Positions 8,141 to 17,702 of a stretch of 29,748 nt of DNA are shown here, in pieces (position 1 is the first letter of the stretch; each line of letters begins with the position of its first letter). A program made the position numbers and the translations under genes. This DNA comes from Campylobacterota bacterium. GTDB lineage: Bacteria; Campylobacterota; Campylobacteria; Campylobacterales; Sulfurimonadaceae. The stretch spans positions 1-29,748 of the forward strand of contig JAYEMF010000144.1 in assembly GCA_034717975.1 (NCBI GenBank), written 5' to 3'. The notes beneath the pieces were generated by a model. The model ran no database searches. It saw only the letters and a program-made list of their open reading frames with translations, and was not told where the DNA came from.

Positions 8141-8341
8141 ATGAAAAAAGAGATCCATCCTACATCAGTAGCGTGTACAGTAACTTGTGCTTGCGGTAAC
8201 ACTTTCGAAACAAGCAGCACCAAAGATACTATGCGTATCGATATCTGTAACGAGTGTCACCCATTCTTTACCGGTTCACAAAAAATTGTTGATACTGCAG
8301 GTCGTATCGAGAAGTTCAAAAAACGTTACAATATGGGCTAA
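8141..8341 (+). CDS. rpmE: 50S ribosomal protein L31 (Zn-binding type)
   Basis: MKKEIHP...CACGN...[12 protein letters not shown]...[13 protein letters not shown]. Start moved to ATG 8141 (AAGG RBS upstream). Confidence 0.97.
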   Translation: MKKEIHPTSVACTVTCACGNTFETSSTKDTMRIDICNECHPFFTGSQKIVDTAGRIEKFKKRYNMG

Positions 8342-8362
8342 TCCGGAATTTTGGGCTGAGCG

Positions 8363-9178
8363 ATGCTTACCCTTGTTCCAACTCCCATCGGCAATATCAG
8401 CGATATTTCGCTGCGCGCCATGGAGACACTTTCACAAGCAGATATTCTACTCTGCGAAGACACCCGAATCACCAAAAAACTTCTTCACCTTTTAAAAGAG
8501 CGTTATCAGTTAGCGACCAAAGAACAGCGTTTCATCTCACTCCACTCCCATAATGAACAGCGCTTTATTGAAACATTGGCACCATCATTTTTTGATGAGC
8601 ATGTTGTTTATGTAAGCGATGCAGGCATGCCGGGCATCAGTGATCCCGGTCAGCAGCTGGTGCGTTACTGTATTGATCATGACATTGACTATGATGTATT
8701 GCCCGGAGCCAATGCAGTCTTAACGGCATTTGCAGCCAGCGGTTTTGTTGAAACGCAGATGCTCTTTTTCGGATTTTTACCGCACAAAGGGAGCGATCGC
8801 AGCAGCGCACTGCAGCAGGCACTTCACAACGGCTTTACGACGGTTCTCTATGAATCCCCTCACCGCCTCGGAAAACTCCTCGACGAACTTGAAGCAGAAG
8901 TACCCGAACGCCAACTCTTCGCAGCCAAAGAGCTGACAAAAAAGTTTCAACGCTATCTTAACGGTACAGCCAAACAGATCAAAATAGAACTCGATGGCAA
9001 TTTTCGAGGAGAATGGGTGGTCGTGATCGAAGCGGGTGAAGCGCGCCACAGCACACTCAGCGAACGTGAGGTCCTTGCCCTTGATCTACCTAAAAAAGCC
9101 GCGGCAAAACTGATCGCCAAAATAACGGGTGAAAATGCAAAAGCCTGTTATCAGAGGTTGGTAAAAGAGGAAACGTAA
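8363..9178 (+). CDS. rsmI: 16S rRNA C1402 2'-O-methyltransferase RsmI
   Basis: LVPTPIGN, CEDTR, VSDAGMPGISDPG, FFGFLP, YESPHR, KELTK, RGEWV. Confidence 0.96.
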   Translation: MLTLVPTPIGNISDISLRAMETLSQADILLCEDTRITKKLLHLLKERYQLATKEQRFISLHSHNEQRFIETLAPSFFDEHVVYVSDAGMPGISDPGQQLVRYCIDHDIDYDVLPGANAVLTAFAASGFVETQMLFFGFLPHKGSDRSSALQQALHNGFTTVLYESPHRLGKLLDELEAEVPERQLFAAKELTKKFQRYLNGTAKQIKIELDGNFRGEWVVVIEAGEARHSTLSEREVLALDLPKKAAAKLIAKITGENAKACYQRLVKEET

Positions 9179-9246
9179 AGGGAAAGGGAACAGTCCAATC
9201 AACTTTTTTCCTCTTTCCTCTTTCCCCTTCCCCCTCTCCTCTTCCC
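9162..9246. repeat. Heptamer-palindrome element 4 (empty), left arm overlapping the rsmI stop
   Basis: Degenerate purine arm 9162-9190 and pyrimidine arm TTTTTCC TCTTTCC TCTTTCC CCTTCCC CCTCTCC TCTTCCC (9205-9246). Confidence 0.8.
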
Positions 9247-9278
9247 AACATTAAGTCATCTTGCGTTAAAATCCCCCT

Positions 9279-9956
9279 ATGTTGATTTATGGAAAACAGC
9301 CAATTTATTATCTACTTGAACACCATCCGCAAAAGATAAAGACACTTTATCTTGCCAAAGAGGTCGATAAAAAAGAGTACAGCCGTCTGATGCGTATGGG
9401 TTTTGAGATCAAACGGATACCTGCCAATGCGGCACAGTCGATGAGTAAAAGCGGTAACCATCAAGGCTTTTTAGCCGAGATAGATGAACTTGAACTCACA
9501 CCACTGCAGCAGATTACGGACAAATCATTTGTCGTGATCTTAAGCGGTATAACCGATGTCGGCAACATCGGTGCTATCATTCGTAGCGCCTATGCCCTTG
9601 GCGTCGAAGCCGTCATCGTCAGTGGCCTGAAACAGTTCCCTCAAGAACCCGTTATGCGTAGCAGTACAGGAGCATTGATGGATATGCCGGTTGTGTTGCA
9701 TACCAATATCCTTGATGTGATGAATGAACTTAAACAAGCAGGTTTTGACCTCTATGGCGCCGTGATGAACGGTACCGATGCCGCCACTGTAAAATTTGGT
9801 TCGAAACGTGCTCTGATACTTGGAAGTGAAGGCGAAGGGATCAGTAAACGGGCCGAAGCCAAACTTGACCATGGAATTACCATAACCATGGCACACGCAT
9901 TTGACTCACTCAATGTCAGTGCAGCCGGTGCGATCTTAATGGACAGGATGAAATAG
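9279..9956 (+). CDS. rlmB: 23S rRNA G2251 2'-O-methyltransferase RlmB (SpoU family)
   Basis: IYGK, NHQG, DVGNIGAIIRSA, LGSEGEG, DSLNVSAAGAI. Confidence 0.92.
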   Translation: MLIYGKQPIYYLLEHHPQKIKTLYLAKEVDKKEYSRLMRMGFEIKRIPANAAQSMSKSGNHQGFLAEIDELELTPLQQITDKSFVVILSGITDVGNIGAIIRSAYALGVEAVIVSGLKQFPQEPVMRSSTGALMDMPVVLHTNILDVMNELKQAGFDLYGAVMNGTDAATVKFGSKRALILGSEGEGISKRAEAKLDHGITITMAHAFDSLNVSAAGAILMDRMK

Positions 9957-10721
9957 ATGAGCAGTGGATTAGAGAGACTTAAGAAAGAAGGTGCTCAAAA
10001 GATCTATGAGACGACCCACATCTCGCGTCAAAACATTGAAGCGATTTTCAATGCTTCTTATGCGGGAATAACGAAGGTCCAGCTCGACGGTTTCATATCT
10101 ATCCTAGAGCGTGAGTACAAAGTCGACCTTTCAGCGGTCAAGGCAGATTATCTTTCATGCCGTGAAACGGTAGAGGAAAATAAAAAAACTGAAGCAGAGC
10201 CGGTTGAAATTTTTACAAACAGTCCCAAACAACGCAGAAGCCTGATCCTTGCCGCTGCTGCTTTTATTGTAGTGATCGCAGCCTTAATAACCTTCCCTGG
10301 TGACGACAACACTTCAGCAGCTATCGAAGTTAATGAGAGTGTTGCGGTTGAAGCGGTCATTATAGAAGAGCTCAATGCAACCGATGAGAACCTGACGATG
10401 GATGAAGAGGTTGTTTTCACTCCATCAGAACCTGTTTTTCCGGAGAAGTTGGTCATCGAACCTAAAGCCAAGTTGTGGATGGGCTATATCGATCTGAAAA
10501 CTTTGCAACGCTCTCAAAAGTTGACCAGCAGATCAATCGATCTGGATCCGAAAAAAGGATGGCTTCTGGTATTCGGGCACGGTTACTTTAAAATACATAT
10601 TGGTGACGAAGTCATGGACTTTTCGGCGAAAGGCAAAGTCCGCATGATATACGAAGAGGGTCAGGTTCGCGAAATTGATTCAGCAGAATTCAAAGAGCGA
10701 AACAGAGGTAACAATTGGTAA
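9957..10721 (+). CDS. Hypothetical bitopic membrane protein, RodZ-like architecture
   Basis: N-terminal helical domain (IYETTHIS...GFISILEREY), single TM, acidic linker, beta-rich C-terminal domain. Confidence 0.75.
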   Translation: MSSGLERLKKEGAQKIYETTHISRQNIEAIFNASYAGITKVQLDGFISILEREYKVDLSAVKADYLSCRETVEENKKTEAEPVEIFTNSPKQRRSLILAAAAFIVVIAALITFPGDDNTSAAIEVNESVAVEAVIIEELNATDENLTMDEEVVFTPSEPVFPEKLVIEPKAKLWMGYIDLKTLQRSQKLTSRSIDLDPKKGWLLVFGHGYFKIHIGDEVMDFSAKGKVRMIYEEGQVREIDSAEFKERNRGNNW

Positions 10722-11536
10722 AAAAACTGCTGTTACTGCTGCTGATCGCCGGAACACTCTGGAGTGACGATCAACTCAATGATAAGATCAAGTCGCTTGT
10801 CGGTGATGCGGCATTTGCCAAAAACCGAAGTTTTATCGAGATTATCTTCAATCCGACAGAGTATTATTACTATAATGGGCATATCGATGTTGTCAAAGTC
10901 GTTGAAACGCTTGAAGAGAATGGACTGCTCAATCTCTTTTACAAGAAACCACAATCGCTGGAACTGACATTTTCGACCAATGGCCCGCCACTCTTTTTTG
11001 TGAAACTGATGGGTGAGACCCTGCGTTCCATGGGCTATTATCGCTATATTACAAAAGCATCCAAACTTGATAGTGCAACCTTTTACTGGAAGGTGCAGCT
11101 GACGACAGAGTACGCAACCAATCCGACGATTTTAAGCAAAGAGCTTCACAAGCGCGGCTGCAGCATTATCGATATTACAAAAGAGCATATGCAGTCATGG
11201 GTTTACGATATCGACATGACCCATGCGCATCTCAATCTGCAGGAGATTCAAGAGGGTCAGCAGATCGTATTCAACCGTTCACTCTATGCACACTGGCTGG
11301 ATGTTTCAAAGGTAAAAAAGCTGCGGGTAACGAGCAATAAAGGAAATTACTGGTTCCCTTACATCGCCTACTATGACAATGCGATGCGCCTGCTGAAAGT
11401 TTATAAGCGTGATAAAAAAAGCTGGCAATTGAAACTCACTCTTCCGCGCGACACAGCTTACATCAAACTGGCAGACCTTTACACGCTCAAAAATATTAAG
11501 AGCGGCTTGCAGATCGAAGGCATAGGGCAAAAATAA
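10715..11536 (+). CDS. Hypothetical exported/periplasmic protein
   Basis: Signal peptide MVKKLLLLLLIAGTLWS, 273-aa ORF coupled to the upstream gene. TTG start. Confidence 0.8.
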   Translation: MVKKLLLLLLIAGTLWSDDQLNDKIKSLVGDAAFAKNRSFIEIIFNPTEYYYYNGHIDVVKVVETLEENGLLNLFYKKPQSLELTFSTNGPPLFFVKLMGETLRSMGYYRYITKASKLDSATFYWKVQLTTEYATNPTILSKELHKRGCSIIDITKEHMQSWVYDIDMTHAHLNLQEIQEGQQIVFNRSLYAHWLDVSKVKKLRVTSNKGNYWFPYIAYYDNAMRLLKVYKRDKKSWQLKLTLPRDTAYIKLADLYTLKNIKSGLQIEGIGQK

Positions 11537-11537
11537 T

Positions 11538-11554
11538 TTTAGGGCACCTCTAAA
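11538..11554. repeat. Isolated 17-bp MITE-end-like sequence TTTAGGGCACCTCTAAA
   Basis: Exact reverse complement of 108-124, immediately after a stop codon. Confidence 0.6.
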
Positions 11555-11646
11555 TGATTTCTAGTGAAAGCTTGCTTCTAAAGAGGCAGGGGATTACTTG
11601 CATAAAGAGATTATGAAAGAAATCCAATTAAAACTTAGTCACTCTA

Positions 11647-11655
11647 TGCTAAAAT
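11647..11655 (+). promoter_or_regulatory. Candidate extended -10 (TGcTAAAAT) for aminotransferase-hom
   Basis: TGnTAAAAT about 50 nt upstream of ATG 11704 in AT-rich DNA. Confidence 0.5.
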
Positions 11656-11703
11656 TCCACTACTTTTTTATAGGGCTAAAAAAATGTCCGATAGGTTTTC
11701 ATA

Positions 11704-12927
11704 ATGTTTGATGAGATACAGTTTGACCGTATTCAAAGATTGCCAAAATATGTCTTTGCCGAAGTCAATGATCTGAAAATGGCTGAGCGCCGTGCCGGCG
11801 CCGATGTAATTGACTTCAGTATGGGAAATCCTGATGGTGATACCCCTGAACATATCCGCGAAAAACTCATAGAGTCGGCGCAAAAGACAAAGACGCATGG
11901 TTATTCCGATTCCAAAGGGATCATCAAACTGCGCAAAGCGATCTGCGACTGGTATGCCCGCCGTTATGATGTCGAGCTTGATCCATTGACAGAAGCAGTG
12001 GCTACGATGGGCTCCAAAGAGGGGTATGCCCACCTCGCTTATGCAATCACCAATCCGGGTGATGTCGTGGTCGTTCCTGACCCGACCTACCCTATCCACT
12101 CCTATGGATTTGTCCTTGCCGGAGGCAATGTTCAGAAGATGGAACTGCCGTTTGATGAAAATTATGATGTTGATGAGGATCAGTTCTTTTTAAATCTTGA
12201 CAAAGCCTTCAAAGAGTCCTTTACCAAACCGAAATATGTGATCGTCAACTTCCCGCACAATCCATCCACGGCAACAGTGACTCCGGAATTTTATGAGCGT
12301 CTGGTCGCTTTAGCGAGAAAAGAGCGTTTTTACATCATCTCCGACATCGCCTATGGTGATATTACATTTGACGGCTATAAGACACCGTCAATTATGTCTG
12401 TTCCAGGTGCAAAAGATGTAGCCGTTGAGTCCTTTACCCTCTCTAAGAGCTACAACATGGCTGGCTGGCGTGTCGGTTTCTTTGTCGGTAACAAAAAACT
12501 GATCGGCGCCCTGCAGAAGATCAAAAGCTGGCTCGATTACGGAATGTTTACACCGATCCAGGTGGCAGCGACCGTGGCACTCAATGGCGATCAGAGCTGT
12601 GTAGAAGAGATCACTGCCAAGTACGACAAACGACAGGATGTCCTTCTTGAGGCATTTGATCGTGCCGGATGGAAAATCCGTCGCAACAAGGCTTCAATGT
12701 TTGTATGGGCCAAATTGCCGGAATCGGTTCTGCATCTTGGGTCACTGGAGTTTTCCAAGCGCCTGCTGGTCGAAGCACAGGTAGCAGTTGCCCCGGGTAT
12801 CGGTTTTGGCGAATATGGTGAAGGGTACGTGCGTATCGCACTCATTGAAAATGAGAACCGTATCCGTCAGGCAGCCAAAAACATCAAACGTTTTTTAGCA
12901 CAATTTGAAGATGAGGCGCAAAAGTGA
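11704..12927 (+). CDS. PLP-dependent class I/II aminotransferase (LL-diaminopimelate / AlaC-like)
   Basis: IDFSMGNPD, GSKEG, PDPTYPIH, NFPHNPS, SDIAY, TLSKSYNMAGWRVG. Upstream of hom. Confidence 0.9.
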   Translation: MFDEIQFDRIQRLPKYVFAEVNDLKMAERRAGADVIDFSMGNPDGDTPEHIREKLIESAQKTKTHGYSDSKGIIKLRKAICDWYARRYDVELDPLTEAVATMGSKEGYAHLAYAITNPGDVVVVPDPTYPIHSYGFVLAGGNVQKMELPFDENYDVDEDQFFLNLDKAFKESFTKPKYVIVNFPHNPSTATVTPEFYERLVALARKERFYIISDIAYGDITFDGYKTPSIMSVPGAKDVAVESFTLSKSYNMAGWRVGFFVGNKKLIGALQKIKSWLDYGMFTPIQVAATVALNGDQSCVEEITAKYDKRQDVLLEAFDRAGWKIRRNKASMFVWAKLPESVLHLGSLEFSKRLLVEAQVAVAPGIGFGEYGEGYVRIALIENENRIRQAAKNIKRFLAQFEDEAQK

Positions 12928-14183
12928 TCAAAGTAGGTGTAATTGGTGTAGGCACTGTCGGTACATCGGTAGTCAATATTCTCAACGAGAACCAGGATAT
13001 TCTAACAGCGCGCTCCGGTGATGAGATCGTTGTCAAAAGCGGCGTAGTTCGTAATCTGGATAAAAAACGCGATCTCGGTATTGAACTCGGCACCGATCCG
13101 ATGAGCATTGTGAATGATCCTGAGATCGACATCGTCGTCGAACTGATGGGTGGTGTCGATGAGCCGTTTGAAGTGGTTAAAAAAGCGCTGCAAAATGGCA
13201 AAGCGGTAGTTACTGCCAACAAAGCACTGCTGGCATATCACCGTTATGACCTGCAGGATATCGCACAGGATATCGCCTTTGAATATGAAGCGAGTGTCGC
13301 CGGAGGTATCCCGATTATCAGTGCCCTGCGTGATGGACTCTCTGCCAATCATATCGAATCGATCCAGGGGATCATGAACGGTACCTGTAACTACATGCTG
13401 ACCAAAATGATGGATGAGGGTGTTGCTTTTGATGCCATCTTGAAAGAGTCTCAGGAACTTGGATATGCAGAAGCCGATCCGACCTTTGATATTGGCGGTT
13501 TTGATGCAGCGCACAAGCTGTTGATCCTGGCATCGATCGCGTACGGTATCGATGCAAAACCGGAAGATATCCTGATAGAAGGGATCGAAAACGTCAGACA
13601 GGATGATATAGCCTTCGCCAAAGAGTTTGGCTACGCTGTAAAACTGCTTGGAATCGCCAAGCGTGATGGCGAAGAGGTCGAACTTCGTGTACACGCCTGT
13701 CTCATCAGCAAAGATGAGATGATCGCCAAGATCGACGGTGTCATGAACGGTATCAGTGTCGTTGGTGACAAAGTGGGCGAAACGCTCTACTATGGCCCGG
13801 GTGCCGGCGGTGATGCAACGGCGAGTGCGGTTGTGGCCAATATTGTCGACATTGTACGTTCGGGCAAACGTTCACCGATGCTTGGATTTGACAAACCGCT
13901 TGAACATGGGTTGAAGCTGAAAGCCAAAGATGCGATCAGTTCAAAATACTACCTTCGCCTGAAGGTCACCGATAAAGTCGGTGTTCTGGCCAAGATCACA
14001 CAACTCTTCGGTGAACACAATATCTCCATCGAGACCATGTTGCAGCGCCCCTGTGAAGGTGAATATGCCAATCTTCTTTTCTCTACGCACGAAGCGCTTG
14101 AACGTGATATTCAAAATGTTCTCAGATCACTTGAAGCCCTTGAATTTATCGCCGCAACTCCCGTGATGATCCGTATCGTCTAA
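12924..14183 (+). CDS. hom: Homoserine dehydrogenase with C-terminal ACT domain
   Basis: GVGTVG, VVTANKA, EASVAGGIP, NGTCNY, GYAEADP, GPGAGG, DKVGVLA (ACT). Confidence 0.97.
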   Translation: MIKVGVIGVGTVGTSVVNILNENQDILTARSGDEIVVKSGVVRNLDKKRDLGIELGTDPMSIVNDPEIDIVVELMGGVDEPFEVVKKALQNGKAVVTANKALLAYHRYDLQDIAQDIAFEYEASVAGGIPIISALRDGLSANHIESIQGIMNGTCNYMLTKMMDEGVAFDAILKESQELGYAEADPTFDIGGFDAAHKLLILASIAYGIDAKPEDILIEGIENVRQDDIAFAKEFGYAVKLLGIAKRDGEEVELRVHACLISKDEMIAKIDGVMNGISVVGDKVGETLYYGPGAGGDATASAVVANIVDIVRSGKRSPMLGFDKPLEHGLKLKAKDAISSKYYLRLKVTDKVGVLAKITQLFGEHNISIETMLQRPCEGEYANLLFSTHEALERDIQNVLRSLEALEFIAATPVMIRIV

Positions 14184-14210
14184 GTCCAAATCTGGACTTG
14201 GTTTAATCTT
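14182..14210 (+). terminator. Possible intrinsic terminator after hom
   Basis: AAGTCCA-aatc-TGGACTT stem followed by T-rich sequence. Confidence 0.35.
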
Positions 14211-14312
14211 TTATTTAATCCTTACACCTTACCCCATTTTTTTATACTTCTTAAGAGACAACTAGGTAGACTCTGATAATTTTGATTTCTCCTTCTCAAA
14301 CAGGATATTTTT

Positions 14313-16376
14313 ATGCAAACAGAACAGACTATAGATAGTGTATGTACCTACTGTGGTGTCGGCTGCGACATCGTTGGCCATGTTGAAAACAACAAGATCA
14401 CAAAGATCTCTGCTGCTCCGGACGGTTACGTCTCCCAGGGAAAACTCTGTATTAAAGGCAAATACGGATTTGATTTTGTTACTTCTAGTAACCGTATCAG
14501 GTCACCGCGTATCAAAAAAGCGTTTTTAGAAAAAAATCCGCAGATCAGATCAGCGATCGAAGGTTCATTGAGGGACTTTGACGATGTCTGGTATGAGACC
14601 GATATCGATACAGCGACCACGGCTGCATCGATGAAGCTTAAAGAGGTGACTGACAAGTATGGTCAGAAGAGTTTCTGTGCCATCGGCGGCGCGCGTACCT
14701 CATGTGAAAGTGCCTACCTCTTTCAGAAATTCACCCGCCATACAATGAAGTCGCCGCACGTTGACAACTGTGCCCGCGTCTGTCACTCGCCAAGCCTCAA
14801 AGGGATGCGTACAACCATAGGTGAAGGTGCGGCTACCAATCCCTACAATGATATATACATTACCGAATTTATGATCGTCATTGGCTCCAATACGACAGAA
14901 GCCCACCCTATCGTTGCCAACCGTATCATTGACGCCGCACAAAAAAGCCATAATCTTGCCGTAATCGATGTACGCGATATCAAGCTGATGAAGTTTGCCA
15001 AACATAAAGCGATCATCCCGCATGAAGCCAATCTGCTGATCCTCAACATGATGGCCTATGTCATCATCGAAGAGGAGCTCTACAATAAAGAGTTCATCGC
15101 TACCCGGACGAAATGGTTTGAGGAGTACAAAGAGAAGATTCTTAACGATCCTTACGCCAATCCTGACTACTTCAAGCAGATCGAAGGGTATGAGTATCTG
15201 GCGAAGATGATCCCGAATATCGCCCGCGAATATGCCATCAAGAAATCGATGATCTTCTGGGGGCTTGGCATCACCGAACATCTGGACGGCTCTTATGCCG
15301 TCATGGCCATTACCCATCTGGCACTGATCACCGGAAACATCGGTCATCACGGAGCTGGATTAATGCCGCTTCGCGGACAGAACAATGTTCAGGGTGCGTG
15401 TGATATGGGATGTCTTCCCTATTATGAACCGGATTATCAGGACGCTAAAGAGGTCGGTCTGATGACACCGGAGCTTGTCGATGCGATGAATGAGGGCAAG
15501 ATCAAAGCCCTGCTAAACATGGGAGAAGATATCACCCATATCCATCCAAATCTGAACAAGATCGATCAGGCGATGGAAAATCTTGAGTTTGTGATGGTCC
15601 AGGAGATCATGATGAACGATATCGCCTCACGTGCCGATATCGTCGTCGGGGTCAAATCAGCCTATGAGAAGACAGGTGTCTATGTCAATGCGATGCGCCG
15701 TCTCCACCTTTCGCAGCCGCTCGTAAAATCCGACCTGCCTGATGACTGGGAAGTGATCCAGATGCTCGATAATAAGATGGGTGGAAATTATAACTACGAG
15801 GACAGTTCACAGGTCTGGGATGAAGTGCGCGAAGTTGCCCACCGCCGTTTCAGCGGAGCTTCCTACCTTCGTCTCGAACGTCATAGAAAACGCGGTCTGC
15901 AGTGGCCGGTCTACACGGAAGACACGCCTGTTCTGCATTTGCTGGATTTCAGAACCGATGATGGACTCGGCGAGTTCCATTACCACCAATATGAACCGCG
16001 CGGGATGATCGAAGAGATCATCAACAAAAAATTGAGCGGCTACTATCTGACAACAGGACGTACACTGGCCCACTACAACAATGCCGCTCAGACAAAACAG
16101 AGTGAGAGCCTCAACAAACGTTATGATGAAGATATTCTTTTGGTCTGTGAAGAAGATGCCAATGACTTCCGGACAGAAAAAGTAATTTTAAAGACAGAGT
16201 TTGGTCAGACCAACCCGCTTACTGTCAAAATCACCGACAAGGTCCAGCCAAAAACGCTCTTTGTCACTTTCCACCATGCCGATTCACGCATCAATGCACT
16301 TTTTGGTGACAGACGTGATGAACTGATTTTGACGGCAGCCTTCAAATCGGTCAAAGTTGATGTTATTCCTGTTTAG
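14313..16376 (+). CDS. FdhF-like molybdopterin oxidoreductase (formate dehydrogenase alpha-like, Cys ligand, no Tat signal)
   Basis: CTYCGVGC...LCIKG 4Fe-4S motif, VDNCARVCHSPS, GSNTTEAHP, PLRGQNNVQGACDMG, LTTGR molybdopterin-binding C-terminal domain. Confidence 0.88.
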   Translation: MQTEQTIDSVCTYCGVGCDIVGHVENNKITKISAAPDGYVSQGKLCIKGKYGFDFVTSSNRIRSPRIKKAFLEKNPQIRSAIEGSLRDFDDVWYETDIDTATTAASMKLKEVTDKYGQKSFCAIGGARTSCESAYLFQKFTRHTMKSPHVDNCARVCHSPSLKGMRTTIGEGAATNPYNDIYITEFMIVIGSNTTEAHPIVANRIIDAAQKSHNLAVIDVRDIKLMKFAKHKAIIPHEANLLILNMMAYVIIEEELYNKEFIATRTKWFEEYKEKILNDPYANPDYFKQIEGYEYLAKMIPNIAREYAIKKSMIFWGLGITEHLDGSYAVMAITHLALITGNIGHHGAGLMPLRGQNNVQGACDMGCLPYYEPDYQDAKEVGLMTPELVDAMNEGKIKALLNMGEDITHIHPNLNKIDQAMENLEFVMVQEIMMNDIASRADIVVGVKSAYEKTGVYVNAMRRLHLSQPLVKSDLPDDWEVIQMLDNKMGGNYNYEDSSQVWDEVREVAHRRFSGASYLRLERHRKRGLQWPVYTEDTPVLHLLDFRTDDGLGEFHYHQYEPRGMIEEIINKKLSGYYLTTGRTLAHYNNAAQTKQSESLNKRYDEDILLVCEEDANDFRTEKVILKTEFGQTNPLTVKITDKVQPKTLFVTFHHADSRINALFGDRRDELILTAAFKSVKVDVIPV

Positions 16377-16377
16377 A

Positions 16378-16407
16378 CGGGGAAGAGGTCCCCTTCCCTC
16401 TTTCCCG
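16378..16407. repeat. Heptamer-palindrome element 5 (minimal)
   Basis: CGGGGAAGAGG...CCTTCCC TCTTTCC CG, directly after the FdhF-like stop. Confidence 0.65.
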
Positions 16408-16426
16408 ACTCGCCAACGGTGAGTCT

Positions 16427-16756
16427 ATGAGCCGGACAAAAGGAGATATCGCGGAAGAGCGTGCCTGCGAAGTTCTCCGAAAAAAGGGTTTCTCCATTAT
16501 TGGCAGAAACTATAGCAGTCGTTTTGGCGAGATCGACATTATCGCCCTCAAAGATAAAGTGCTCCATTTCCTGGAAGTCAAAAGTGCGGCAACTTATGAT
16601 CAGGCTATTCAAAATATTACGCCGGTCAAACTGCAGCGTATCCTCAGAACCACTGATGTCTACATGAAACATCATCAACTCTCTATTGATTACTCAATCG
16701 ATGCAGTAGTGGTTACACCCAAAGATGTAGAAATCATTGAAAACATCACCCTCTGA
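16427..16756 (+). CDS. yraN: YraN/UPF0102 family endonuclease-like protein
   Basis: KGDIAEERA...RNY...GEIDIIA...LHFLEVK. Confidence 0.92.
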   Translation: MSRTKGDIAEERACEVLRKKGFSIIGRNYSSRFGEIDIIALKDKVLHFLEVKSAATYDQAIQNITPVKLQRILRTTDVYMKHHQLSIDYSIDAVVVTPKDVEIIENITL

Positions 16757-16840
16757 AGTAAATAGGAGTAATATTGTCTGATTTAGCTTAGAGGAATAAG
16801 CAGCCTTATAAATTCAAAGCACTTTTAAAGTTTTTAAGGC

Positions 16841-16846
16841 TATAAT
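16841..16846 (+). promoter_or_regulatory. -10 box TATAAT for trxA
   Basis: TATAAT preceded by periodic T-tracts, about 35 nt upstream of the ATG. Confidence 0.55.
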
Positions 16847-16880
16847 TTGGCATCTTTCAACTACATAAAGGGAATTTTAC

Positions 16881-17198
16881 ATGGGTAAATATCTTGAATT
16901 AACAGCGGCAAACTTTGATGAAACAGTCAAAGAAGGTGTATCTTTAGTAGATTTCTGGGCACCATGGTGTGGACCATGTCGTATGATTGCCCCAGTTATC
17001 GAAGAACTTGCAGAAGCATTTGACGGTACAGCGAAGATCTGTAAAGTAAATACGGATGAAGAACAAGATGTTGCGGTTCGTTACGGTATCCGTTCAATCC
17101 CAACTATCCTTTTCTTCAAAGACGGTGAGCAAGTAGACCAGATGGTCGGTGCTGCGTCAAAACAGGCTTTCGAAGAAAAAATCAACTCTCTACTGTAA
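16881..17198 (+). CDS. trxA: Thioredoxin
   Basis: VDFWAPWCGPCRM, GIRSIPT. Confidence 0.98.
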   Translation: MGKYLELTAANFDETVKEGVSLVDFWAPWCGPCRMIAPVIEELAEAFDGTAKICKVNTDEEQDVAVRYGIRSIPTILFFKDGEQVDQMVGAASKQAFEEKINSLL

Positions 17199-17212
17199 GA
17201 AGGTAGTACCTA

Positions 17213-17698
17213 ATGGCCAAACGGGGAGCCAGCCTCTTCTCGGTCAGTACAGTTCTTGCATCTTTTTTTGGCGCCGCGATGATCGCCGGCGCCTTTGCCT
17301 ACTTCAACTACAAATTTTCAGAATACAAATTTATCAACTTCTCCGAGTGGGTTTTTTACCAGGAGAGTGATCTCTTTGTTCCCGATCAGGAACGTTACCT
17401 GATCATCTTTTACAGCTCGAAAATCGAAGGCACGGCTGAGAAAATTGCACAGGCGGATGCGGCTTACCCGGTACTCGCGATCGACTACTATCAGCAGAGT
17501 GCCACATCAACGGAAAACACGACCTTTTTAAGGGCTGGAACCAATACAAATTTACAGTTTATTCAGCGTTTCAATATTTATAAATCACCTAGTATTTTTC
17601 TTATCAAAAAATCCAAAGAGACTCTTTATAAACAAGATAGTATGATACGCGAATTAGATACGTTAGACATCTTATCACAGACACAAAAGGAACTATAG
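17213..17698 (+). CDS. Hypothetical membrane-anchored protein (possibly redox-inactive thioredoxin-like fold)
   Basis: N-terminal TM, LIIFYSS and [16 protein letters not shown] segments, no CxxC. Between trxA and trxB. Confidence 0.75.
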   Translation: MAKRGASLFSVSTVLASFFGAAMIAGAFAYFNYKFSEYKFINFSEWVFYQESDLFVPDQERYLIIFYSSKIEGTAEKIAQADAAYPVLAIDYYQQSATSTENTTFLRAGTNTNLQFIQRFNIYKSPSIFLIKKSKETLYKQDSMIRELDTLDILSQTQKEL

Positions 17699-17702
17699 AA
17701 CC

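Noticed and set aside
13002..13694. Long antisense ORFs (also 14700-15350 and 2499-3071)
   Set aside because: Shadow frames of hom, the FdhF-like gene and queE, with no recognisable motifs.
14313..16376. Selenocysteine-containing formate dehydrogenase
   Set aside because: The ligand position is a TGT Cys codon and the ORF has no in-frame TGA.
16427..16756. YraN nuclease as mobiliser of the repeats
   Set aside because: It is a widespread core gene in its usual position before trxA, and nothing beyond proximity to one element links it to them.
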